Assembly: GCA_040954595.2 (NCBI GenBank)
Contig: CM082598.2
Location: forward strand, 5,161,097 to 5,225,096
Direction of reading: 5' to 3'
Length of the DNA: 64,000 bases
From: Balanoglossus misakiensis
Lineage: Eukaryota > Animalia > Hemichordata
Shown here: piece after piece, positions 12,844 through 25,900 of the stretch
How positions within the stretch are numbered: the first letter of the stretch is position 1
Layout of the letters: each line of letters begins with the position of its first letter
Notes under the pieces: generated by a model
The model's input: the letters and a program-made list of their open reading frames with translations, nothing else
Databases searched by the model: none
Told to the model about the DNA's origin: nothing
Made by a program: the position numbers and the translations under genes

Positions 12844-14864
12844 CTTGGACCCTCGTTTCGACTATTTAGACTAGGAACACCATCTCCTCCTCCTACGGTT
12901 GCATGATCTTGCTCGCGGTTTGTCTGGGGCCCCGTGAAATCCGATACCACATTATCCAGTACGGTCACGAACTCACGAGGATGCTTTTCCAGGGCCTGGT
13001 CAGTGATAGACAGCCTGTTCACAGTATCATTTACAAAATTACTGCAACAACAAATAAAAACTGGACATGGAATTCTTTAAACAGAAACAGAAATTCTTCT
13101 GCACAGTACATACGCACATAATTATGCTGTCTTAAAATTATACGAGATTGACCCAGCCATTATATTAACACGAAAAGCAAATTCCATTTGGTATAAGAAC
13201 TATTCGATGAGTCACGTTATAAACTTTTACCACGGTGAATCCCATACTATATATACAGGCTTGGCAGTATTGAGATAAACGTTAAACATAAGGTAAATTC
13301 GAATTAACACTACCGTTTTCATCAGAACAGACTGTTTTTACATAATGAATCCCTAAAAGACACTTTACATTAGTGGATGTATTGGTGAGTTGATACTGAG
13401 ACTGAAGCTCATCATTCACGAGTACTTCCAGTCATGGTCTTCCGTAATCTGGGAAAAAGCGCCCTCACACCGGCGCAGAATTTGGCCCAGAGTGACGTAC
13501 TCGGTCCAAGCTTATGGAGCTTGCAGTTCGGATTTCAGGATGCCCCGCCAATTAAGTCAACTATCTTGCATCGATATTGGGGGGGGGGGGAGGGGGGGGG
13601 GGGTTAGGTCGGACACCACGTAAAAAGGCTGTGTTTTCTCTCTCATGATTTTCCCATAAAAACTGTAGCCTTATAGTGACTTTCCTTTTGAAAATGTCAA
13701 AACACACAACAATACCTCAACCACATTTTCGTGCAAATTCTCTGTCCATGAAAACGAAAATATGAATATATATTATTATGCCGCCGAATTATCCACCGCC
13801 TCACTATACTGGTCGGTGTGGGTCCGTTTACAATCGGTTTGTGCACGGGAAATGGGCCTTACAGACACTTGCATTCGTTTATAGCTCCATTCTGATCTGA
13901 TCCCATGCGACAATTACCCGGTTTGCGGGGGTTGGGGTGAACAAATTGAAATGCCACGTCGGATTTACAGAAAGTAGAAATTTTTACGACTTGTTAAGTC
14001 ATATTTATCTGCTAGTTATATTCGGCGAAGGTTTTCTTTCATCGTCAAACGAAAGTTAACAGGATTATAGACCGGTCCAATTTGTACCCTAAACACTCCA
14101 CCTGTATATAGAAATCCCCAATTATGACCTCATAAAACGCCCTAAGGAGGATTAAACTGGTCTGCTTAAGCTACTAAGGGAGAACGTCCCATATTTTATA
14201 CCTTTGACAACAGAGTCATAAGTCTTCGACTTTTCAATGGTTTTTGTAGGTCATCCAGCATAAAAAATGTTCGATTTTTCTCAGAGTAAACATACAGTGT
14301 GCACAAACCACGGAGGGGTATCATATCGGTGCATTGAGCTTAGTGAGTTACAGTAGAGGAAATGTCAATTCTACACGGTTGTCTTTTTACGCCTGCTTGT
14401 AGACACGTGCCCTCTCCATTCGAACGGATTAGCAAACGATATGCTGTTCGTATTAACAGTTTATATTTATACCTGAATGGAAATGTTAGCGCCAAGTTTT
14501 CAGTCTTAAATCTATCTAAACCGTGTACCCGTGTTTTTAAAAACAACAACAGAACTGTTAGATGGTGCAACGTGACGCGTTGCTTTCTCCCTTCTTCGGA
14601 ACACGTCAGTATTGACGTACAATTGGAATTGGACTTCCCTGAGAGAGATTGGCTTTGCAAAGTTTATTTTATCACATTGCCAAGGGGAGGTGCAAGCTTA
14701 TACAATAGACCCATTGTCCATTTATGCACGTCAATCTCCGAGACCGACCCTTTGGGGCTTCTGCGTGATTGAAACACCCACGTGACAAATCAAAACTGAA
14801 TGCTTTCGATCTCTAACCCCTACCCTTGAATCAAAGTTAAAAAGACTTTGTGCTTTAACTTAAA

Positions 14865-15225
14865 GTGTGGGTGTCGTGCCGTCTCCGGCTGCGGGCAGCC
14901 CATGTGACACAATAGCTAGCAAGTCAAGTAGGCGGAAAGTGTAATGCTACAGTGTACATCATTGCAAACAATGTGATTGCTACTTTGCACTACACTGTAG
15001 TTTAACTGCTACAATGTACATCATTGCAAACCAAGTGGCAGTTACTTTGTACTACACTGTAGTTTAACTGCTACAATGTACATCATTGCAAACAAAGTGG
15101 CAGTTACTTTGTACTACAACTTGCTACAGTGTACATCATTGCAAACAATGTGGTTGTTATGTTGTATTATACTGTATATTATGCCAAACAATGTGTCATT
15201 ATCACGTTTCTAATTTATTTTGACA
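14865..15225 (-). mobile_element. 62-bp-array element (copy 2)
   Basis: Reverse-strand 62-bp units at about 14940-15195 with the shared 3' module. Confidence 0.75.
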
Positions 15226-15228
15226 TAT

Positions 15229-15490
15229 TAAATGGACAAAGTCTCTCTCTGGAAGGCCTTTTCCATTAATTATGTTTGATACAAGACACCATTCATGTTA
15301 TTCTACATGTGGATATATAGAGAATCCACATTCAACGACAGACAACTATCATCCCATATGTAGGATATGAGAGTAAAAATCCCACCAAAATGAATAAATG
15401 GTAAACACCAATTATTCATTTTGGCGAGTTTTTCACTCTCGTATCTACAAGTTGGATGGAAGTTGTTCGGACAATGATCTTATTCGTTAC
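15229..15490. mobile_element. Kolobok-type palindromic MITE, partial
   Basis: ttaaatggacaaagtctctctc start, homologous to 36861-37208. Confidence 0.7.
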
Positions 15491-15519
15491 TAACTGGGGT
15501 AACTGGCCAGTGCATTTAC

Positions 15520-15800
15520 TTACTGGTGTGAAGTGCATGGTTATTAAAACCTGGTAAAAGTTGATGACTTCTTATAGCTAGCTTTCCATTGACGACACTC
15601 CGATTCATGACGCAGAGTCTACATCCTGTCTTGAAATAACATTTGATACAAAACCATCTTGACAATGACATTTGAACAAATCGCCCTAAAATTTGAATAA
15701 TCTCACACATCTGTCATTTCTTCCCCAGATCCACGCTAAATGCTACTTTTACAACACAAGGTTATTGCATTGAAACCAGGGACATTCTTACTCATCCCGT
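15520..15800 (-). mobile_element. Decayed LINE reverse-transcriptase fragment
   Basis: Minus-strand DYSNFRAIC..IVK resembles the DxxNYRPI..xSK motif. Confidence 0.3.
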
Positions 15801-16020
15801 CTTCATCACAATTTTCCTCTTGCAGACAAAAATCGTTCGCCTTATTACTTTGCCTTATTTCAAAACGCTCTTGTAACCACTTCAAATCTGAATGAATATT
15901 CTTAATATTTTCAAAACTAGTAAATTCTCCTTGCATGTTGTCTAAACCCAAAGCACAATCACTAAACTGTGTTATCCAAAGAGAACATATTGTACAGCAC
16001 TGTACAGCGTATTCTGTCTT

Positions 16021-16081
16021 CTCACTCACTCACTCACTCACTCACTCACTCACTCACTCACTCACTCACTCACTCACTCAC
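16021..16081. repeat. (CACT)n microsatellite
   Basis: Directly visible. Confidence 0.97.
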
Positions 16082-16522
16082 AGTACAATCTACAGTACGT
16101 GATTGATAAGACGCAAAAAGCTTTTCTGTATCTGAAGGTAGCCTAAAAAATATTTACGAATTATGACATATTCACCGAAACTGGATAAATACAAACATGA
16201 ATATGCAAAGGCTAACAATCGCGTCATGCTATGCATGATTAGCGTACAAGGGCATTTCCTCTATATGTTGCAGTTTCCATTACGTCGTTCGCTAAAATGC
16301 TACAGGCGTCAATATCAATGAGAAAGGCGATGACCAAGGATACACGCTTATGTGCACGTGTGATAAACATTTTGCGACCAAACTAAAGGTTTCAAGACAT
16401 TTTGAAGTTTTAATGGACCACGTGATGTTTTTTCAACATAGCATGTGTGCAAAGTTGCTGACGCCTAAAATGAAGAGTATCACGCCATGTTTAGAACCAT
16501 TCACCAACTATGTTCGTGTAAA

Positions 16523-16558
16523 CTATAACAAGCAACATTGAACTTTAATTTGGTAAAT

Positions 16559-16619
<61 letters not shown>

Positions 16620-16920
16620 CCATCATCATCATTATCGTCATCATCTTCATCATCGTCTATAACAAGCAACATTCAACTTTAATTTTGTAAAAATCATCAT
16701 CATCATCATCATCTTCATCATCATCATCGTCATCATCATCATCATCATCATCATCATCACCATCTATAACAAGCAACATTCAACTTTAATTTTGTAAAAA
16801 CCATTATCATCATCATCATCATCATCATCATCACCATCTATAACAAGCAACATTCAACTTTAATTTGGTAAATATCATCATCATCATCATCATCATCATC
16901 ATAATCATCATCATCATCGT
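16523..16920. repeat. Compound minisatellite: four copies of an about 38-bp unit separated by variable (CAT)n
   Basis: CTATAACAAGCAACATT(C/G)AACTTTAATTT(T/G)GTAAA at 16523, 16657, 16764 and 16838. Confidence 0.9.
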
Positions 16921-17193
16921 TTCAGATTCAGGTAAAAAGGGCCCCCATTGTTTTTTTTAATTGTGACCGTCAGGGTTGCAGCCGAGCGCTCTGGCTTGAC
17001 ACGCCCACAGACCCGGATGTACTGAAATGGCGAAACGATGCCTCCCACGCTTAGTAACGCTGGATAGCAACACCAATCAAATACCTGTTGCTATCGATTT
17101 TGCTAATAAATAGGGATGACTTGTCCACGTTTGACAAGTTGACGGCGACTTGTTGGCGCGATCACTCCCAAGCTTAAAGTACACACCGCCGCT

Positions 17194-17263
17194 ATGGTTT
17201 CCTACTGCAGTATTGTTTGCGTTTCACTTCTTCTTGTTTCGGGAATGCTTGCCGTGTCACAAG
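17194..17263 (+). CDS. neurotrophin-like 1 exon 1 (signal peptide)
   Basis: gctATGG start, hydrophobic 23-mer, donor CAAG|gtaaga, phase 1. Confidence 0.78.
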
Positions 17264-19771
17264 GTAAGAGAACAGTTTGTACGGGAACTCAGGTGTCGCA
17301 CCTATGAGATTTCTCCTTTATTCGAATCATAATCAGCTGCCGCAAACAGGCAGGCATTATGAGAGGCGCGGTTTGCCGGTGATAAGGATGTCATCGAGAC
17401 GTTGGGATTTACCGGTAAATGGTGTCATGGTTTGCGGGGAGGGAGGCGTGAGTTTGCCGCAAGGGTGGGTAATCTTGAACCGTGGCTAATTGCCAAAGCC
17501 AGACTTTCCCCTCCCATGCTGAGCATTGTTCAGAATATGTCTTATCCGACCAAAAAAAAACTCGAACACGCGGAATATCGCTGTAACCACATTGCGGAAA
17601 TACAACTATTGACTTATGATGTTAGCTGTATACTTTAAACCCATCTCTTAAGTTTTTACCCGCTAGACAACTTCTATAATGCATCAATACGTTTTCAAGT
17701 ATTCAACACACTAAATGCACAAACTCAAAAAACTGCATCTTCCACTGTGAACCATTTTGCATAGTGGTACTGCTTCAACAACTGGTCTTACGCTTGTTCA
17801 GGTAAAAAAATCTATGATATGCTTCATGTAAAAACAGTTGATGATTTCAAAGAAAACTGAAGTCAAATGGACATAATGACAATGGTATATAACATTTCCC
17901 TAAATGTATTTCTTGAGATTCCTATAAATTTAGAAAAAAATCTCTTTGCGATTGTTTTGCTGGGATTTATATAAATGTATAAACAAGAGTATATATTAAG
18001 AAAATACTTTTAATTTTTTTAAACATGGTAGAGTTTAGCTGATGTTTTCCTGTGATTTAGCAAAAAATTGAAAGATTTGGAGAAATATTATTTTTCTAGA
18101 AATCCCTACCCGAGGCATAGGCCTCGCACTTGAGCACAAGTTTAACTCGGCAAACGCGAATGCGTTGACGGTGAACTGTTGCCCTTGGTAAGCAAACCAT
18201 TTGAAACAGGTGGTTCGTTCTCAATTGGTGTCCCGTAGGACTGTACATGAAACCCAGAAATCTTCACTTTATTATCTAGAGATGAAGAAAAGGTGGACAA
18301 AATGATGATGAATAGGCGCGTGTACCGGTACATTGTAGCAGTTACACTACAGTGTAATACAAAGTAACAACCACATTGTTTGCAATGATGTACATTGTAG
18401 CAGTTACACTACAGTGTAATACAAAGTAACAGCCACTTTGTTTGCAATGATGTACACTGTTTTTGTTGATTTATGTCTTTTAAATATATAGTAGTACAGA
18501 CATATGCATCTTGCATGTGTTACTTTATAGGTAAAGCGTGAAATTTTAGTATTAGCCGGTATGTCTGCAGCGTACAAATTAATCTCTCTTTGCTTGTGAA
18601 GAATATGTGGATACACCGTCGTACTTAGAGTGGCTATTCAAATACTGTATTTCCGGACACCCGGTATGCAGTTAACATATAGCACGCTCGGTAGCTTTAT
18701 TTTTGAAACTTGCAGAGCGCTCTTCCACGCTCATTAGCCGTTTGCGCTAACAATTGAATAGATACCGGAAACGAGACTCCAGAAAAGATCAGTGTTTGGA
18801 GCATGCGCGGTATGGGTTTTCCGTCCCTTTTTTTCTGCGCCTAGAGCGGGGAGAGTAACGATGCGTTCACAATAGGGGAAATCTCCCAAGCTAGCCGCAA
18901 GGTATATGTAGTGCAAAAGAACAGTGCGACGGCCACAGACAGGATAATTTGCGTAGAATTTTCGGTCAAGTGTGAAGCGATAATGTGCTGACTGAGAATC
19001 GTTATACTGTACAGCCAGGTCGTGGTAAAATAGTCTTGAGAATATTTCTTGAAAATGACTTGCGAGCACGTCTTTTATTCCGTCATACTTTTATGGGTGA
19101 TAGAATGGAAGCATTAAACGAATAAAAAATTGCTGAATTCAGGTATAAAACATAAAATTGGCCCTCCAGATATAAATACGAGCAACCCATTGTTCGCATA
19201 TTTTTTTTATAGAAGGCAACATATTGAACAAGAAAATCACAATCTCTGCATGTACGCCACTCAAGCGTCAAGTGAGAGGGGAATATACTTATAACTTTGA
19301 CCGGTACATTTTTTAGAAATGTGTCTCAAAAGGCACAACTGTCAGTTAGGTACCCCGTCGCTATGTTGTCCACCCATCAATTTAGGGCTGATTGACTTAC
19401 GTGGACACAGAGACGCTTTGTCATTGAAAGTAAAATAGCTAAAAGATTGTCGCAAAAATAAAATGCAAATTTCATGCATATTCAACCAAATATATTTATG
19501 AATCGAGTAGGCTTATACATGCGATGAGCAAATCGTGATCACATACTATAGATAGATATACAGATAGTTAGATAGATCAAATCAAGAAAACGAAACACAT
19601 TTTGTAATATTAGTAAGAGATTGTTTTGAATCGGTGTAACTTCAACTCTTGTATTTTTAGTACAAGCAAAATTCAATGTAAGCATTTGATTTCCAGATAA
19701 TAACTCATTAGAGACTTTGTAACGATATGCCAGTGGCGTAAGTTCTTGAAATAAAGATTGATTGGTGTACG

Positions 19772-19836
<65 letters not shown>

Positions 19837-19862
19837 TCTTAGATAGATAGAGAGATAGATGT

Positions 19863-19914
<52 letters not shown>

Positions 19915-22900
19915 ACAGGCAGACGGACACAGACAGACAGACATACGGGAAAACTACTATGGCCATGTATGCGTGTGGCAAACAGGGAAGATAATAAAAC
20001 ATGTTTCGTGTCAAAAAGATTGCTTGACCGTGACATTTCCTGCGTCAAATGTTGGCTTTCCTTTGTGCATACGAGGCAGTCATTTCTTTGTGAAGAGGAA
20101 GTTTTAATACCGTTCTTTGAGGAAGCGCAACAAGAACTTCGGGATTATTTCCGACTATAATCGTTAGTGGGTGGTCATAAGGCCACAATGCATTTGCCGG
20201 CTTTTTAATCTGTTTAAGTTGATCTTTACGAGGAAAAAATAAGCAGCTGTCAATTTAGAATATCATGTACAATATCGACACGGTGCGCAGGGCACACCGC
20301 CGCGGATGTCTACGTGCCGCAACACCTGCTTAACATTAACACCTTGTGGACAGAATAGAAAGTTAACACTTGCACGAGTTTATACATCATATATACACGT
20401 GTTAACCTCTTGCCGGCTTTTGCCATAACAGTATTCAACTTTTCTTGTGTGGGGCTCGTTAAAGCGGTTTGTTTGTTTATTTGGGAATTTAAAAAGTCGC
20501 AGACCGAATATAAGTAATTGGATGGTTTGACAAAACTGTCTCAAGATGACAGGCACATCTATTCTTAGTACACTGCAAGTATGAATTATTAATTTCGAAA
20601 AGACAAGTTTTCAATAAATCATGTCTTAAAATTGATGTATTCCTATAGCGCTGTATATTTTGCTATTTCTCATAGATTTATATAATTTCGCATTAATAGG
20701 TTATTCCCCGCGTGAGTAACTCTGTTTGGTTCAATAGATCCCAGTGTGGTTATCACCGTTCGTATCTTTAACACGGGAGAGGGGTGGTGCGAGGGAGGGA
20801 GGGAGGGCGAGGGAGGAAGAGAGAAAACAGAGACATGGAGAGGGGAGAGCGAGAGTTATTTTTAAAATACCTCACTGTTTCTATTCGTACAGAAGTATCT
20901 TCGGTTAGGAAATATCTTTGCATAGAGAGATCATAATAAATGATACGCTATCTGCAGTGTTCCGGTCAATTAAAATGACAGAACGTCACCTTTGCCACCA
21001 TACCCTCGGTTATACTTTCCCATGAGAAGTTATGATAGCTAAGTGTATTCTGCCTATTAGAAATCATAGGCAGTATTCAAGCTTGCAAGAGAAGGTTATC
21101 TGTCCGCCATCTTGTTTCATTCTTCATACATTGGTTAACTGACGATTCTTTGCAAGTCAGTGCAATTAGCACACAAATTTGGAAAGCTCATCTCTTGTGA
21201 AGTTGCTTTATTTAAGCGTGAGCGTGTCTCTCTTTTGCAGCCAATGCCAACAAAGAAGGGAAAAGTATCTGGGGCTATTTTGCCTTTAAAGATGCCAACA
21301 CCAAACCCGCCAGGGCAGATATTCTTGAATATAAAAGGGAAATTCTTGAGGATGTCGACAAGTTGAAAGATGAGCATAATCATGAGACAGGTATGTAGTT
21401 GTTCGTTAGAGTCTATTTAAGGATGATTGTGCCTCTAAGTTCTGAAAATTTCTGTCGTATTTTGCTCAAGACAACTTTAGGATGCCCTCTCTTAAATTGA
21501 GAATAAAAAATGGGGGGTCAAATTGCAAACATTTGAATGACACAGCAAATTTTGTCCAGTTGTGTCATTTTCGAAATTCAATATGGCCGCCAATCTCTGT
21601 ATTAACTCTATGGAAAAAAGTCAAATTAGTGATTTTAATGAATACAAGACGATAAATACCTAGTTTTCTGCTATGTTTTCAAAACGACTCCTCACAAACT
21701 GCAATATAGCAAAAATTGAAACGTTTCACGTGGGTGACAATCATTATCTGGAATATTACTGCACGGCGTACTATTCAAGCCCTTTGACTGTGCGGCGATG
21801 TTTGTGAATGACAACCGTTTGAAAATAAATTCGTCCAACCTGAGTACGTGTATTATGCAATAAGAAGGAAGGTTTTAGTTTAGATTTTAGGAGGTACTTC
21901 ATGGATTTAAAAAAAAAATCATTGACGTCAAAAACGCAAACGCGCAGATGGCATCTCCAACCACGTGACCCTTTCATCTTTATTCATGAATGCGGATCCT
22001 TGTCGTTAAAGCTATATGTAGTATAGCATCAGATGCTCTATTGCATGCAATTACAGGGCCCCAGTTTTCTTGTTTCATGGCCGCCGGTAAATGTGATTCA
22101 AAGTTACAGGGAAGAGGCAAGCTGCCATACGTAACTACCGGGAGAAAATATCAATTGATCGTGTGACAGACATACTCGACACTTTGAGTGTCATGTTTCA
22201 TTTCTTCAGTAGTTTTCAGTCCCGTGGGGCTTGATAAATCGACGCATAAGCGAACAGACTGGCCTTGTGTCTGGGAAACAGGAAGATATTGCAAAAAATT
22301 ACCAGTATTGTTTTTGTTGTCTGTAAATCCCCATTTTCTGGTTTTAACTCATGGTCAAATGGTGCTAATACCGGTTGCCAGAATAGGCTCATTCTAATAA
22401 TCTCTGAAGCATATTTGACGGTGGGAACTACCCATAAAATAGCTGTTACTTTCCCAATATGTATAGTTGATCCAGTCCTTTCATTGCAATATATATACAT
22501 GTACCACTGTGTATATACATCAAAGCAACGTAATAGACGCTGAAACCTACATATTTTAAGATTTCTTTGGGTAAATACAATGGTCTGACATTACAACATG
22601 AAATTAAACTCGTCTTCAACGTTGTTAGTGTTACATATACTTCGCAAAATCTTTCGACTGAAGTCGCATCCATACGTCTGCCCCTTTGTTTGACGAACTT
22701 TGAACTTTATATTTAAAGATATATTTTTCTGCTTCTAAGGCGCTTTTAAACCAAACAAAGGTGGAGATGTTTTGTCTGTTGTGTTGTGGTTTGTAGATCA
22801 AGTTTTGTTGAGGCGACCTGGGAGCTTAGTTTTGACTCTGACTTTCACGACCGTCGCAGTGACAGTTAGGAGTCACATTTATTAGTCTACTTTTGAACTG

Positions 22901-25900
22901 ACGAGCTCCTGACATGTGACATGTCAACAAAGAACACATGAGTCATCTGACAGATTACAGAATGTGAGGGTGCAATTACGAAGGGAATGTTCTGTGCAGA
23001 TATACAGTGAAAATGATTGGGGCTTTTGCTGCCCTTTCTATATCCCTATATCAATACACGCTCGTCATTGAAAAGCACATTAGGGCGTACACGAGTAGAA
23101 CAAGACAGCAGAGTTGATACAATTGTGAGAAAAATACAGACAACCCACCGAAAGTTATTGTCGCTTATACTCGGGCTTTAAATGGCGATATTACCGATGT
23201 AACTGATGAAAGATGGTCATCAACTAGAGCTGCATGAAGTCTGTGAGGCAATAATCAGTATGCTATTGGCGGTTTGATCATGATTTATTCCCTTGTCTGT
23301 AGTAAACTGACCAAGTCCCACAGGCCGTGTGAACACACCGCCATTCTCGTGCGAATACTCTGACTTTCCTGTATGATAGCAATTCATGTGACCTTTTTAG
23401 ACAAATGTTTTAAACCCTATGAGCTGATAAATTAGTCCGATTATCTCCTTATCCATAGCCATGACAGGTGACAGTACTTATGACATTATGAAGATTTTCA
23501 GTTTTGTTAAATTGTACCTCTAATGCGCATTGCTGTTTCTTTTGTTGCTTCTTTCAGGAATAAAACCTCCCAAGGATGGTGTCACTGGATATATCAATGA
23601 AAATCAGGAGTCAGATTTTGATGAGGTACAGAATGATAATTATATTTGATTTGGTATGACTTTGTCTACCACTCTAAATGTTCTAGTTTGGGAAGAAATC
23701 AACTATTGATCAAACTAGTATACCTATTTAGGATGTATGATAAGTAAAATTTAAATTACAGCATTTCATTTAATTGTGGAATTTTGGTTTCTCCTTTGTT
23801 TAATGAAAATCTTTAATAAACTTAAGCAGTCACTGCGCTTGGTTTTGAAATACAAGACTGTGAATTAAGTCGATAATATATGAAAACTGCAGAGTCAGCA
23901 TTTTCTGGCCAGTGGTTTGTCTGAGGGTAAAACATTTAACTAAGCTTATCTCAAAATAGAGCGCAGTGACCATACGATTGTATTTGCCAATTGAATTTAT
24001 TTTGCTTGACTGAGCTATGTGTAAAATTTTGTGAAAATGACCGGCAGTTCTGAGCAAGTTTTCTAGCAATCCTAATGTAACCCTATGGGAAGAAACGCAC
24101 GCATACAATTTCACACAGTTTACCGGTTTACGTTCTGCACTCACATCCTTAAACACGGCTTAAAGGTGTACAGTCACCGCAAATTTACATACGCCCATAT
24201 ATGGCTGATATGGAGTATTTGAGCGTTCTAAAGAACATATGGTGGTGCTCTTTGTTTCGCGTGTGTCACCCACTGAAAATCCGTGATTGGCTAGATCTCA
24301 TTTTGCCATGGTAACTGTAGCTAATTTTCCATAGGTGACCGCATACCTTTAAACGACCAGCCATCAAACTAGCATATACCTGTTAAACATGACTTGATTT
24401 GCATTTTTCTACAGGACTATTACGCTGCTTTACAGCAACAAGTGGGCCTTGGTGTTATTTTTTCCAAAACCAAACCGAAGATGCCCATGAAGGATGTCAA
24501 TGAAGTCTTTGATGAAGAGACACAGTACCCGGAAGGCTTCAACTTTACAAAGCGTTCGGTGAGTCGAATGATTTTTCCTTGTTGGGCATTTACAGGCAGG
24601 CGTGCATAGAAACTGGTGAGATCCCAGTGATTAACAGTCACCTCCAATTTACATACGCCCATATTTAGCTGAAATGGCGTATTTGAGAATCCTAAAGAAC
24701 ATATGGTGGCGCTCTTTTTTTTCGCGTGTGCCTCCCACTGTAAATCTGTGATTGGCTAGATCTCAATTTGCCATGATAACTACAGCTATTTTTCCATAGG
24801 TGACCGTTTACCTTTAATGCACAAACTCACTCCGGCTACTAAATAAGGAACGTCAGTTTGGGTCATGTGACAAAGTGTCAATGAGTTTCAAAGTGTCGAT
24901 GAAGTACACTGTAGCTGTTACACTACAATGTTTTAGTACAGTGTAGCAATCACATTGTTTGTAATCATGTACATTGTAGCCATTACACTACATTGTAATA
25001 CAAAGTAACAACCACATTGTTTGAAATGATGTTCATTGTAGCAGTTACACTACAGTGTAATACAAAGTAACAACTATATTGTTTGCAATGATGTACATTG
25101 TAGCAGTTACACTACAGTGTAATACAAAGTAACAACAGCATTGTTTGCAAAGATGTACATTATAGCACTTACTCTTTGAATTGCTTGCAATCGCGTTGTA
25201 TGGTACTCATAGCTGTAGAAAGGATGACTCCCACTCTAACAAGCAAGAGGAAAATTTACAAAAACACTGCTGTATTAGCTGAAAGGCATTCTAGTAATTT
25301 GTAAGCCTGCCAAAGATTAATCTATTTATGCGGGATAAATTCCCCAATGACCAGTTATTTATGCAGTAGTTATATGATATAAAATACATATATTTTGAAG
25401 CAAGACTTCCATTCATTTTGATACTGTTTACATGTGGACCAAAATGAATTTGTCTGTATACGTTTAATTTGCCCCTGGGACGTTGGCTTTGACTTTTGAT
25501 ATTTTGCTTGTGATCACTGAATCATTTTAACATGGGACTCAATGGAAAGAATATACATTAATAAACATGACAATGCAAACAAATTCACGCAAATGACAGT
25601 GTTATAAAAATTACTGCACAAAATTTATTTTTCACATCAGGGTTCACAACAATCTTATTGTCATGCTTTCTCTTGTCATACCCAAAATTTCTTTCATAAT
25701 AGGCATTCGCATCATCATACTGTAAATGAAAATGAGTAAGTTGCTGGTACCGGTAATTCATAGCCGCAGTCTAGGGAGATCTTTTCTCACGGGTGAAATC
25801 AATGGTATTTTGGCTTAAGGATATCCAAAAATAGTCATAGAATTAATGATCCAATGCTTCCAAAAGTTACAAAGATTCCAGTCTCGGTGGGCCAAAATAA

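Noticed and set aside
12409-12906. 165-aa plus-strand ORF
   Set aside because: Antisense shadow of rapsyn exon 1.
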